Source: Paraspadella gotoi
Taxonomy: Eukaryota > Animalia > Chaetognatha
Reading direction: 5' to 3'
Assembly: GCA_051294375.1 (NCBI GenBank)
Contig: CM119265.1
Span: forward strand, 5,813,696 to 5,877,695
Length of the DNA: 64,000 bases
Shown here: positions 1 to 11,914 of the stretch, one piece after another
Position numbering within the stretch: the first letter of the stretch is position 1
Layout of the letters: the number at the start of each line of letters is the position of its first letter
Notes under the pieces: generated by a model
What the model was told of the DNA's origin: nothing
Database searches by the model: none
Seen by the model: only the letters and a program-made list of their open reading frames with translations
Position numbers and translations under genes: made by a program

Positions 1-1819
1 ACTAAAGTTAGGCCGGCATTAAAGACATGGTCGACATTGGCCATGGAAAGTTCCAGTTATAGTTAACTAATTTTATAATTTTACTTTTAATTTAATTTTT
101 ATATAGTTTTAAACATTTTTCTTTGCAAAAATTATGTTTTGTTTGAACGATGATACGAAACTATTTCTTTCAATTTTTTTTTCTGATTACATAGTACCGT
201 AGTATGTTCAAAATGAGATAAGTAAATAAGCCGAGTTTGAACTTAAAAAAAACCTCGACCGATGCTTTTCGCTTTCACATCAATGTCTATGGACGAATGC
301 GACATTTTACGTGGCACTTTCAAGTCTTAAGTTATGTACTTGAAATAAGTGTTGAAATGAGTCGTATTCTTCTATTTTTCTTCTCCTCCAATCACTTTCC
401 CCCTCACTCACAAGTTCACAACTCTTACGCGTTTCCGATGTCGTGAATTTCACAACTTTCACTTTGTCGATGACGTCACGTGTTTTTTTATTTTTATTTT
501 TAGTTTTTTTGACAAGGAAGCGAAAAAAAAATTGTTTCCGGGAGTCGACTCCACTACTACCCCCTAATGTCGCCCTTCCAAACAAATCGAGAATTCCGCT
601 TCTATACCCCCTACCACCACAGCAGGGAGAGACCCACGCCCGAACGACCCTCCCCTCTCATACTCCTCTCCTTGCTCGAGCCGTTCGTACGGACGTAATT
701 CTTCTCGAGTTCTCTGCACTCTGTGACTCTCCGAAGAATATATAAAGAGAAAGAGGTGGGAGGAAAAATTGAAGGAAATTTGACCATGTCGGGACCCGAT
801 CGCGCGGTTAATACCAATCGCAATTCAAAATCAATCAGTAAACTATCTCAAAGAGGTGAGAGAGAAGAGAGAGAGAGAGAGAGAAATTTAGTGAGGAGAG
901 TAGTTAGAGAGAGAGTAGTGACGCAAGAGGAGATGTATAAAGGAGGATATATGAGTATAATGAAATGCGGGATGGTGGGGCGGAGACAAAATAGCAATCC
1001 CGTCATACACCAAAAGTATCCTTTTTTGATGAATGTGCCTTTTGCAAGGAAATATGAAGGCGAGAAAAGAGGATTACTCGAGAATGTGGCGTTTCTCTGG
1101 GGCAGCGAACAGAGGTAGCAGAGAGAGAAAGAGACGAGAGATGAGATGATACGAGAGACGACCGAGAGAGAGAGACGAGAGAGAGAGAGTGAGCGCAGAG
1201 GAGAGAGAGAATATTGTATGGCGCGCGCGCCCATCCATCAACGCCGGCGAGGCGGGGCGGCGCGAATCATTCCTACCCACCTCTCTCCCTTCTTTGTCAA
1301 CTCCCTCGGTGATGTATCTAATGACATGATATCCAAATATGGTAAAGAGTTGGTTTATTGCGAGGGACGATTGATCGATTGCGTGTTTTTCCTTTCACGT
1401 TTTCAACATAATCTTTTCGGCAATCATGTTTTTTTTGTTTTGTTTTTTTTTTTTTTTTTCCTTCCCCATGGATACTGTTTCAGTTACGAGAGAAATTCTA
1501 ATGAGATTGTAAGCAAGGGTGCACTTTTGACTGCGCGAACATCTATAAGAAATATACTAATAGCTAATTGTAAAGCACATTACATAACACAATGAAACGT
1601 AAGGATTAGAGCTAGAAATTTTTTGTTTTGTTTTCAAGAGTCTCGCGAGATTTGAGGCAGAATCGTTGCTGTTGTCTTTTGTCGTCTTTGCTGTTGTCTG
1701 TATTGTTGCTTCTGTATTCGTTTTCGTTATTTTGGTTTTGTCCTAACTGTTTTTATTTGTTGCTCTCGTGTTTGGTCTTTGTCCATATTGGCATGTACGC
1801 GTAACGTCTCGCCCATGAA

Positions 1820-2053
1820 ATGTTTTTATTTCTTTGTATCGCCGCCATTTTGTTTGATGTCTCTGCAGTCTCTGCAGATTCTGCTGTCGAATTGTCAGTG
1901 ATTTCGATTGGCTGTTTTTGTCATCGCTCGTTCGGCCGGACGCCATTCCGAGTTCCAAATCGTCGAATCGACGAAAAACTAATTTTGTTTTTAAATCTCG
2001 AATCCTCTGGAATCCGAGTCTGGGATTCGGCGGAGATGAAAACTCCATTTTAG
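1820..2053 (+). CDS. Possible small ORF with signal-peptide-like N-terminus (weak)
   Basis: ATG-initiated 77-aa ORF MFLFLCIAAILFDVSAVSA-DSAVE...: hydrophobic stretch plus VSA cleavage-like motif; no recognisable homology. Confidence 0.12.
   Translation: MFLFLCIAAILFDVSAVSADSAVELSVISIGCFCHRSFGRTPFRVPNRRIDEKLILFLNLESSGIRVWDSAEMKTPF
1841..1852 (+). promoter_or_regulatory. YY1/PHO consensus-like site
   Basis: GCCGCCATTTTG matches the YY1-family consensus; single site, function untested. Confidence 0.25.
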
Positions 2054-2503
2054 AAAATGAGTTTCGATGAAAGGAAAACAGAGAATACAAGCTCAGAGCT
2101 TCAGTTTGGATCTGGTGGTCGGTGTTGACGTCGGTTTCGGTCAATAGATTGTCCTGGTTTACATTTATACCTTTCCGATTGAACATTAGTAGTATAGTAA
2201 AGTGCACGCCTTGGTATGTACGTACGTGTTTGGGAAGTTCCTACGTTTTAGTTCATTTAAATCATTTCTAGTTGATTCCAATTCTGAAATTTCAAAACAA
2301 CAAATATTGCTCTCACCACTACATCGCTATAGTCGTGGCGCCCCGCCAGCGGAAAGCAATAAAATCTGGGAGGTTAAAAGCTGCGTCGTTCAACGCCGTC
2401 AAGAAAGACATTGACGACATTCTTATCCATCGTCATGGGAAGTTCCTGATATTTATATCCGACCGTCGTTGGTGTGGAAATATAGGGGAGAAGGCAGTAA
2501 AGG

Positions 2504-2568
2504 TGGCGGCGGCAGCGGCGGCGGCAGCGGCAGCGGCGGCAGCGGCGGCAGCGGCAACGGCAGCGGCG
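2504..2568. repeat. (GCG/GCA)n trinucleotide microsatellite
   Basis: gtggcggcggcagcggcggcggcagcggcagcggcggca... seen directly. Confidence 0.9.
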
Positions 2569-2729
2569 TGTACTGTGATTTTTTCGGCGGAGTTTGAGGT
2601 GGAGGCCGAGAAAAGTCGACTCGAAAAAGCGTCTCATTGAAAAGAGCGGAGATGAATGAGGCTGACCTTTGACCCGGAAAAATAATCGTGAAGCTTTGGT
2701 CGGAGGGTAACGAACTTGTTTTGAAGGGG

Positions 2730-2800
2730 GGAGAGGGAGGAGGAAGAGGAGGAGGAGGAGGAGGAGGAGGAGGAAGAGGAGATGGAAGAAGAGGAAGGAG
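2730..2800. repeat. (GGA)n purine-rich microsatellite
   Basis: gaggaggaggaggagg... seen directly. Confidence 0.85.
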
Positions 2801-3530
2801 AAGAAGGTGCTGGAGCGAGAGAAGGAAGAAAAGAAAAAGAGGATTAGGCTGGAGTAGGAAAGGAAATAAAATCGATTTAAAATCAAAATATGCCCAATAT
2901 GCCGCAATATATTCCGCATATCCATAGTTTTGTCAAGATTTCCCGTCCTTTAAGAAAAGACAATAAATATTGATGATGTTCATTGTTTAATTCACGAGAT
3001 GAGGAAGTATATTACATAATGCCATCACTTGTGCAGGATGTAGATTTTTAGAACATTTGAATTTTGTTTATTATTTTTGTCAGCAATGTTCAAGTTAAGG
3101 CATAACTTTGTTGTCAGCGAAGAACAGATTCGGGTCGGGGTTTTCCTCCCAGTGATGTTGAAAGAGTCAACGAGAACAGGTTCAAACGAGGGCCACCGTT
3201 ACGACGCAGAGAAAGAGAAAAGAGGTATACGTGTGTATAATTTTCTCCAATGGCGTTAGCACTATTTGTGTCTCGTCTCTCATCTCTCTCTCTCTCTCTC
3301 TCTCTCGTCTCTCTCTTCTCTCTCGTCTCTCTCTCTCTCCCCCGCACAGAGAAAGAACTGAAGCTTGCTATCATGGGTCGGGCTTTTCACCCTGCCGGGT
3401 ACAGAAAAAATATTGGAGATTGTTGTTAATATTCTTATTCCTTTGACTTGAAAAATAAAATATTAAGATATGTGTATTCATATATTCAAATCTCATTTAT
3501 AGTATAACAAGGGGAAGTAAGACGTATGTG

Positions 3531-3591
3531 ATGAGAGAGAGAGAGAGAGACGAGAGAGAGGAGAGAGAGGAGAGAGGAGAGAGAGAGAGAG

Positions 3592-3629
<38 letters not shown>

Positions 3630-3744
3630 CTCGCGGGCTTTATTGTTCGGAGGTCGGGCCCGGACGGTTTCGAGGAAAAATAAAAACGAAAGGAAAAAAG
3701 AAAGAAAGAAAGAAAGCGAGAGAGAGAGAGAGAGAGAAGTGAGA

Positions 3745-3813
<69 letters not shown>

Positions 3814-3835
3814 AAGAGGAAAAGAGAGAGAGACA
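3531..3835. repeat. Two (GA)n tracts plus (GAAA)n
   Basis: Seen directly. Confidence 0.9.
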
Positions 3836-4969
3836 GAGCTCGAAAGAAACCCTTCCGTCGTTCCCGCTGGACGAGAAATTGCGGTGACGTCGAAGTCATT
3901 GCCAGTGAAGGATGAAGGAAGCTGGGGGAAAAGCTGATGGGGTGGAGAATGGAGAAAGATTGAAAAGAAGAGGTCGTGGATTGAGGATGGAACAGACTAT
4001 GGCAAAGTAACGAATGATAACTTTTTCTATGTTACAATTTTAAAAAAATTAATAAAATAAGCTCTGAAGGTGGGTATTGAAGTCATGGAGAAAAGAATGA
4101 GATAGAACGAAGTGAAATCCCTGACTGGTCGGGGTTATCCAGTGACTTCTATCGTCTCTATTACGCCGAACCAGCAGCGATTCTTTTATCCAATTGAAAA
4201 AAGCCAAGCACTCTCGGGGTTAATAAACTAAACTTGTGGGTCTTAGCATAGCTTGTCCTAAGATAGGCGCACGAAAGCTTATTTATTGAGTGAACGAATA
4301 ATTTTGATATTTGTTTTAAAATTTTTTTTAACGATGCTGGAGACGTGAGATGTGAGTTTAGGGTAAAGGGAGATTTGAGATTCGGCATCCGACATCTGGT
4401 GGCAACACGACAAAGAAAGGAGTCGAGTCTTTTGTGGATCGAGAACAGAAGCGTCGCGACGCCCCACGAAGAGGAGGGGGCGGGGAGGCGCGGGGAGGGA
4501 TGGGCGGAGAGGCGAGAAACGACCCCGTTTCCTTCCGGGGCGTTTCTAAATCCGAGCCAACGACGTCGTAGCCTCTGTCGACGACGACGACGACGACGAC
4601 GACCCTGATCCGACGATCTCCGACGATTTCCCGCGCAATTGCAACGGATCCGCAACTTTTGCAAACGACTGCGGTCGACTTCGACGATGCGGAATAAAGG
4701 TGTGGCATTTTCTTTCTCTCTCTCTCTCTCGCGAGAGGTCGCTTAAGCGTCGTTGCCAAATCGGGTAACAAATACGAACTGAGAAAAAAAAAAGGAAAGG
4801 AAAAGGAAGACTCGAAGAGAATAAAAAAGATTGAGTGAGGTTGAATGGATGAGGAAAGGCTCGACGGTTCGAAGACATCGCTCGAATCTTCGAGTTCTCT
4901 TCCGCCGGCCAGACTTCCGTTGGCCCGTAACGAAAGACTGAATCGATATCATTAATTTTCCTTCTAACC

Positions 4970-5220
4970 CTTGTGTCGGCCACAGCTTGTCGGGCAAACA
5001 TGTCGGGCCACACCCTGTTTCAAAAGACCTCGTCGGTCACAGTCGGCGCGAAACTTGCCGACCAGAACCTGATGGCCAGAAAATTTTGGTCAACAACCTA
5101 TCAGCCACGATTCGTAGGCCAGAACTTGTCAGCCCGTCGGTCTTAACCGGCCATTTTTTTTAACTTGTCGGCCAAAAACCTGTCAGCAAGAATCGTCGGC
5201 CCAAATCGTCGGGTCCGGAG
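4970..5220. repeat. Degenerate ~14-15-bp minisatellite (consensus ~AACTTGTCGGCCAAA)
   Basis: Recurrent ttgtcggcc, ctcgtcggtc, aacttgccgacc, aacttgtcagcc, aacttgtcggcc, aatcgtcggcc units. Confidence 0.65.
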
Positions 5221-5264
5221 AAGTCGGTCCCGGCGACCGGGGGGAACGGAAGCGTCGAAGCGAG

Positions 5265-6496
5265 NNNNNNNNNNNNNNNNNNNNNNNNNNNNNNNNNNNN
5301 NNNNNNNNNNNNNNNNNNNNNNNNNNNNNNNNNNNNNNNNNNNNNNNNNNNNNNNNNNNNNNNNNNNNNNNNNNNNNNNNNNNNNNNNNNNNNNNNNNNN
5401 NNNNNNNNNNNNNNNNNNNNNNNNNNNNNNNNNNNNNNNNNNNNNNNNNNNNNNNNNNNNNNNNNNNNNNNNNNNNNNNNNNNNNNNNNNNNNNNNNNNN
5501 NNNNNNNNNNNNNNTTGTTCTTTCGTTAGGAAGTATAGAGACTTTTTAGTTGCGCCGCGAGTACTCGGTCGGTGTGCCGGTTGGTCTGTCTGTCTGTCGG
5601 TCAGTATGTCGGTCTATCCCACTTACGTTAAAAATCGATATAATTTTTCATTATCGGTTGCTCATTTGTTAAGACAGAAAAAAACCTCAAATCTCAAGTC
5701 TGCTAGCGCCGCCTTTAGGAATTCCTAAAACTATAAGCAATAAGNNNNNNNNNNNNNNNNNNNNNNNNNNNNNNNNNNNNNNNNNNNNNNNNNNNNNNNN
5801 NNNNNNNNNNNNNNNNNNNNNNNNNNNNNNNNNNNNNNNNNNNNNNNNNNNNNNNNNNNNNNNNNNNNNNNNNNNNNNNNNNNNNNNNNNNNNNNNNNNN
5901 NNNNNNNNNNNNNNNNNNNNNNNNNNNNNNNNNNNNNNNNNNNNNNNNNNNNNNNNNNNNNNNNNNNNNNNNNNNNNNNNNNNNNNNNNNNNNNNNNNNN
6001 NNNNNNNNNNNNNNNNNNNNNNNNNNNNNNNNNNNNNNNNNNNNNNNNNNNNNNNNNNNNNNNNNNNNNNNNNNNNNNNNNNNNNNNNNNNNNNNNNNNN
6101 NNNNNNNNNNNNNNNNNNNNNNNNNNNNNNNNNNNNNNNNNNNNNNNNNNNNNNNNNNNNNNNNNNNNNNNNNNNNNNNNNNNNNNNNNNNNNNNNNNNN
6201 NNNNNNNNNNNNNNNNNNNNNNNNNNNNNNNNNNNNNNNNNNNNNNNNNNNNNNNNNNNNNNNNNNNNNNNNNNNNNNNNNNNNNNNNNNNNNNNNNNNN
6301 NNNNNNNNNNNNNNNNNNNNNNNNNNNNNNNNNNNNNNNNNNNNNNNNNNNNNNNNNNNNNNNNNNNNNNNNNNNNNNNNNNNNNNNNNNNNNNNNNNNN
6401 NNNNNNNNNNNNNNNNNNNNNNNNNNNNNNNNNNNNNNNNNNNNNNNNNNNNNNNNNNNNNNNNNNNNNNNNNNNNNNNNNNNNNNNNNNNNNNNN
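5265..6496. other. Scaffold gaps 5265-5514 and 5745-6496
   Basis: N runs. Confidence 0.99.
5543..5744 (+). mobile_element. DINE-1/HINE-like non-autonomous Helentron, 5' part (cut by gap)
   Basis: TTTTTAGTTGCGCCGCGAGTACTCG start, GTCY-rich core, then CCCACTTACGTTAAAA; downstream body resembles the element at 56247-56630 (-). Confidence 0.6.
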
Positions 6497-6550
6497 ACTA
6501 GTTTAATTTGTTATACAAAAAAACCATAAGATATACTTTATACAATTCAG

Positions 6551-6698
6551 TCTCAGAGAATTGACGTGGGCCGTCATGGCGCTTGGTCGAGTTGCAACGC
6601 GCCCCCTCGGGGTTGGAATTGCCTGTTCGCCCCCAACGAGGATACCGTCGGGGTCCCTCGAGGTTTGATGACGATCTCCGAGCTACTGAAAAAAACCG
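6551..6698 (+). CDS. Internal exon of a sulfatase-like protein (arylsulfatase/GALNS-like)
   Basis: GC-rich island with cag acceptor (6550 or 6556) and phase-1 G|gtatga donor; translates RIDVGRHGAWSSCNAPPRGWNCLFAPNEDTVGVPRGLMTISELLKKTG, matching the sulfatase segment R..RxG....GxP...T(I/L)xELLKxxGY that follows the CxPxR motif. Confidence 0.55.
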
Positions 6699-6854
6699 GT
6701 ATGATCCTCGTGCAATGGAAAAAAGAGAAAAAGAAAGATGAAAAAAAAATAAATAAAAAGTAAGAAAGGAAGAAAGAAAGGAGATATAGAGGTAAGTGAA
6801 AAAGGAGAAAGTGACAAACACTTAAAAAAATGAATGGTTGAAGGAGAGAAAGAA

Positions 6855-6897
6855 CGAAAGAAAGAAAGAAAGAAAGAAAGAAANNNNNNNNNNNNNA

Positions 6898-6929
<32 letters not shown>

Positions 6930-6930
6930 A
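6855..6930. repeat. (GAAA)n microsatellite with 13-N gap
   Basis: Seen directly. Confidence 0.9.
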
Positions 6931-7677
6931 TGAAACAAAGAAAGAAACAAACAAACAGAAACAACTAGAAAGAATATCCATATAGAATGTTAATTGGTAA
7001 TGTGTTTTCTGGGGTGTATATAAGCTGAAATCCAACCTCACCCTAAGTTAACACTTTCTCAACTTATGAAATCATACTACATAATTCGTTAACCTTTAAA
7101 AACAAGAAGCTTTGTAAAAGATCTAAAAAGAAATACGAAAGAAGGAAATTTTCCAAATTTATTAAGCAAATTTTTTTTTAGATTCATTTTTGAGTGTTGT
7201 CGTCGTCGTCGTCTTGTTCTTTCTCGTTGTCTTTATTAGTCGGCGCATCGCGGACGGCGGATTGCTGTATAAAGGAAAGTCTTTCTTATCAGCAACTGCC
7301 ATGCCTGTCATTATGAAAGAAAGAAAAAACAAAGAAGGGAATGAAAAAGAAAACAAGAAAGAAAGAAAGAAAGAAAGACAAAAAAAGAGATAGAAAGAAG
7401 GAAAAAAATAAAGAAAGTAAGAAAGAAAAATACTAAAATATTAAAAATTCTAAAAAAGTAAAGAAATAAAAATTAAAAATTAAAAAAAGATTTAAAAATA
7501 AAGAATAAAAGAATAAAATGAAAAAAAGAAAAGAGAAATTAGCCAATATATTATATCATACTTTCCCTTTTTAGTACTTAAATTTCTATCTCTCTCCCGA
7601 CTCCCGCATTCACTTTTCCCACCCGAGGCGGAGAATATATGCGCGAAGAGAGATGATGATAAAAGTTATAAATCTGG

Positions 7678-7790
7678 GTCACGTGACGCCGAACGCCGAC
7701 GAGAGACGTCGCGCGCCTCCGCTGACGTAGATGGCGCGTATGGAGCAGAATCGGCGCCAAGATTAAAAAGGCCGCGATGTCGTGAATTGT
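7678..7790. promoter_or_regulatory. CpG-rich island with palindromic E-box GTCACGTGAC and CRE half-sites
   Basis: GTCACGTGAC at 7678-7687, followed by GACGTC, TGACGT and AGATGGCG motifs in AT-rich surroundings. Confidence 0.3.
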
Positions 7791-8957
7791 TCACTTTCGG
7801 ATGAGACCCAGAGGGCGTGAGAGCAAAACGTCATGGTTGCCTCAGCCTGAGGCTCAGGGCACGAATAGGGCATAATTGTATTTAAATTCTAAGTTGTGAG
7901 AATAACTAATTGCGTTGACATTTCGTTATGAGGATTTATAAGTCCGAGTGGTTGTTGTCGTTGCTGTAGTCCAATCATTCGTTGCCTGGTGACGCCGTCG
8001 ACTCCGCAGAATTGAGCTCCGACTGATTGCGATTTCTTTCCGAGACATTAATTCCTGACGATCGAATGTCCGGCCTCCGACGGTGGCATTTGCGTCCACA
8101 ACGACGACGACGACGAAGTCGTTGTCCACCAAATATTCCCTTCAAAAGTTGGGGGGGGGTATTCTTCTACAGAAGTTGTCCGAGAAAGAGAGAAAGGGAA
8201 GGGGAGAGGGAGGGAAAGAATGAGAGAAAGAGGAAGGACTGGTTCAAACCCTTCATATACCGAGGCAACCCTTGGGGATTCTTGTCAAGTTTCAACCGGT
8301 TACAAAAGCAAAACGCAGGATTATTAACAATCGCTTCATTTCATTTTCAAAACAAGAAACCCCTGCCGCCGCGTTGCTTGGCAATCAAACCATCTCTCAC
8401 TTCTTTTTTTTTTTTTTCGAACGAAATTCGATTCCAATTTTCGCCGGTGGGAAAAACGTTTTTTTTTTTTTATTTTATTATTTTTATCGTCGTACAACAT
8501 TTTTTTCTCCTGCCGGCGTATATATCTTCACTTGTCTGCTGCGGAAGGTCTAGCCGCGCTGCTCCGCCGTGGGAATTTCCCCTAGACGTTGGCTGCCTGC
8601 GGCGGCGGGCGGGCGGCTGCAGCGGAGAGGCGGAACGATAAAAGCGGATTGGTATTTCTCCACCGTTTCCGAGAATCAATCGAGGTTCATCCAGAGTTTA
8701 TGACCTTTCGAGACTCGGTCCTTCGGATGGGGCGGCTTGGGGTGGTGGAGGAGGCAAGGGTTGGACTGGGCGAGGGCACATTGGCGAATATTTTGGTTGT
8801 GATAATATCAGAGGAATGACATTCGTTATTAGTGAGGATTCACCACTCACAAGTGAACCCCGACGACGAGCGTTATCACAGCGAAGGCGAAGGAAAACGG
8901 ATTCTTTCTGAAGATTCGGATAATCAGACCCACGAGTCGCAGATGTGGGTGGCATTT

Positions 8958-8961
<4 letters not shown>

Positions 8962-9053
<92 letters not shown>
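8962..9053. repeat. Perfect (GA)n microsatellite
   Basis: Seen directly. Confidence 0.95.
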
Positions 9054-9055
<2 letters not shown>

Positions 9056-9540
9056 TTGATTATATAGGAGGACGAGGGAAGATAACAGAGATCTCCACAA
9101 ATTAGTTTGCAGAAACAAACATGGATGGCAACCGAACAGTCCACAAATATGAAGACAGGAACGGCGACGGATTAGATCACAAAAAGGTCAACGTATCAGT
9201 CAAAGGATGACAAAAGAACATCGACAGAGGAGAAGAGGAATTCGTCTCCGATGAGATTCGCTCCCGCCAATAATTCCAATAAAGGACGACGTCTAGTGAA
9301 TGAGAAGAATGGTAGAGTGGCAGAGTGGCAGAATGGCAAAGCGGCAGGATGGTAGGGGGAAAGAAGTTGCTACGTATTATATACGTTTGAAAAAATACTG
9401 ACGAAATGGTAGAAAATCCGTCCGAAATTTTAAAATGAAAAGACCTGAATTTAAAATTTCATCGAAGCAACTTGCCTGAAAAACCTTCATTTGATTTATG
9501 TACTAGATGGATTTTGTTCTTCTTCTTGAGTTTTGTCACT

Positions 9541-9660
9541 GGTTATGACAAAGGTTATGACAAAGTCCAATCCGGAGAATGGCACCGTGTCCGATTTTCT
9601 TTCTTTCTAACTCTTTTATTGGTTATGTGAAATCCGATGGGGAGATAACCTGTGGCATCG
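9541..9660 (+). pseudogene. Possible degenerate sulfatase exon (GYxTxxxGKWH-like relic)
   Basis: 9553-9585 encodes GYDKVQSGEWH with the exact spacing of GYxTxxxGKWH; 12-bp tandem duplication GGTTATGACAAA; in-frame stop soon after; NSFIGY in another frame resembles FDSFxGY. Confidence 0.28.
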
Positions 9661-11143
9661 TGGTAATGGAGAATGAAGCAGATCTCAACTCAAGACTTTC
9701 TATCTCTCTCTTTTTTCTTTCTTATTTATATCCAAACCGTATTTTTTATACAACATCATTTATTAAGAAAATAATGCCATAAATGTCAAAAATGCAAAAC
9801 AATGAACTTTTTTTAGTTTTTAGATTTTCGCGGCTTCGGTTAGCTCTTCCCATGAATGTTCTTATTTTCTCTTATCGTTGGGTAAATTAAAGTTTAACGG
9901 GGCGCGATTTGATGTTATTTCTAGTGGGAGTTTATACTTACATACGACTTTGACTAGATTGGCTCCGAAATGAATAAAACTACCAAAAAAATCCAGATAT
10001 ATCCAACTAGCGGTAAATAAATTAAATGAATCCACAGCTGCCAGTGATTTTTTTTCCGTTTGGCCTCTTTTTTTTCTTTTTTTATTGCACTCAATGTTCC
10101 TATGGTCCTCCATACCAATCCAATAAGCCATATCATGTCAGCCAGAAACTTTTTATTCGTTCAGTCTAAAAGCGTAAAGATGACGAACTCTATATAGCGT
10201 CATGTATCATTTTCCAAAACAAAATAAATTCGATGTTCTTTTTTTTTTTTATGCGGACGTAAAACATCCGGCGCCGTAAACCGATCGCCCTCTCTCGTTG
10301 GTTGGCGTCAGTCGTGTGCTGAGTCAGAACTCTGTCACGAAAAAAATATACCACCGATTCACCTTCCAGCGCCGAGCGACTCCCTCTCTCTCTTTATTTC
10401 CACTCGCTCACTTATTCCGTCTTCACGAACCGTTAATTTTATAGATGTGTTACAACAAATTCGAGAAATGCCGAGGGCGAGAGGGCGAGAGGGCGAGTGG
10501 TTGTGGCGGCGCCGGGCGGTGGCGCGCGTTTAAATGGCATCGGGGACGGCGATGTTGATGATATTGAAAAGATGGCAACCCCGAAAGCGATAGCAATGAA
10601 TAATCCATTTTTGATGATATTGTGGACGAAAAACTAAGACACGCAACCTCGGTCAAACCAAACTTACACTCGATCGTTTTCCGCCTATCTCTTTATGGTC
10701 AAACGTTGACCTTGTAAATACCATTATAATAGACTTAGCATCTGAGCATTTTTGACTGTTTATAACCTTGTTGAAGAATAAATCAGTCTTACTTTGAAAC
10801 TTGTTGCGTCCACATACGTAATAAAAATTTTACAAATACAAAACTTTTCAACAACTTCGCACTTCCATGATATGGCATGTTTGTTTTACGAGCTCAAGCC
10901 ACTGTACTATAAAATGTGACCTTTTTCAGTGAAAAAATACCAATAGTTATAAAAAGACTAAAAAAAATTGTTTCACCTTTAAAATTTTATTCACATTCTT
11001 GTGAATCTTGAATCAGAAAAAATTCCAAAAAAATTCAAACACAAATTTCGAGTCTCCAACTCAGACGGGAAGATAAGACGTTTTATGCAACGCAAAGGCG
11101 GCGCGAAGTAGCGAACGAGCCTCGTCGCCTGCTCGACACTAAG

Positions 11144-11231
11144 CTGGCGTCTCGATGGCAATTTGATGGCAACAAGATGGCGACAAAATGGCGACAAGAT
11201 GGCGACGATATGGCGCTTCTATGACGCGAGT
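11144..11231. promoter_or_regulatory. 11-bp tandem array of YY1/PHO-type cores (AAGATGGCGAC)n
   Basis: ATGGC at 11155, 11166, 11177, 11188, 11199 and 11210; degenerate units at 11144 and 11221; (GA)n at 11326-11392. Confidence 0.45.
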
Positions 11232-11323
11232 CCGTCGTAATGGCGCACAGAGAGAAAGAGAAAGAGACTGCGTCGAACTCAGATGATGGTGACGCTGTTT
11301 TGCTGACGCCGCGCCATTAGAAT

Positions 11324-11396
<73 letters not shown>

Positions 11397-11864
11397 CAGA
11401 TCTAGGATAATGTTTAGTTTGAGCCGTTCCATACAATATTACCCTTTCTCCGTCGAAAAAGAATGCTTTCTCTATAACTATCTCTCTCCCTCTCTACCTC
11501 TCTCTCCCACTCTTTCTCTCTCTCTCTCTTTTTCCTTCTCCCTCTCCCCCCTCCTCCCTTGGGCTCTCGCGACGCCATCGGTTGACGTCTTAATGGCGCA
11601 GCGTCGGCGCCACCCGATTTCCGGTTCGAAGATTTGAGGTCAGGAATGAAAATCTGATGCCCGCGGAAGAGGAGAAGGGCTGGGAAATGGTGAGGTCCCT
11701 TTTGGGAAACTTGGAGCGGGTGAGGTTACTCGAGGAGAGCGAGTCGTTTTTAAAGGTTGAGCCGTGGACCCAGTTTGTTTTGACGGTTAGGGTTTGGGGC
11801 TCGGGGAGTTCAGGAGAGTAGTATTGAATTCTTTGTGGAGCTGAAGTTGAACTAGATTCTATTC

Positions 11865-11914
<50 letters not shown>

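Noticed and set aside
2272-2640. Poly-Ala ORF as a transcription-factor exon
   Set aside because: Openness is explained by the GCN repeat; no convincing splice sites or domain
4389-4404. CTCF-like site (TGCCACCAGATGTCGG on -)
   Set aside because: Single imperfect match with no supporting context
4970-5220. CRISPR-like array
   Set aside because: Units are short, degenerate and contiguous, with no unique spacers or cas genes; eukaryotic context
11670-11695. AGKW|gtgagg as the next sulfatase exon
   Set aside because: The upstream frame is CPRKRRR after a stop, with no GYxT motif and no credible acceptor
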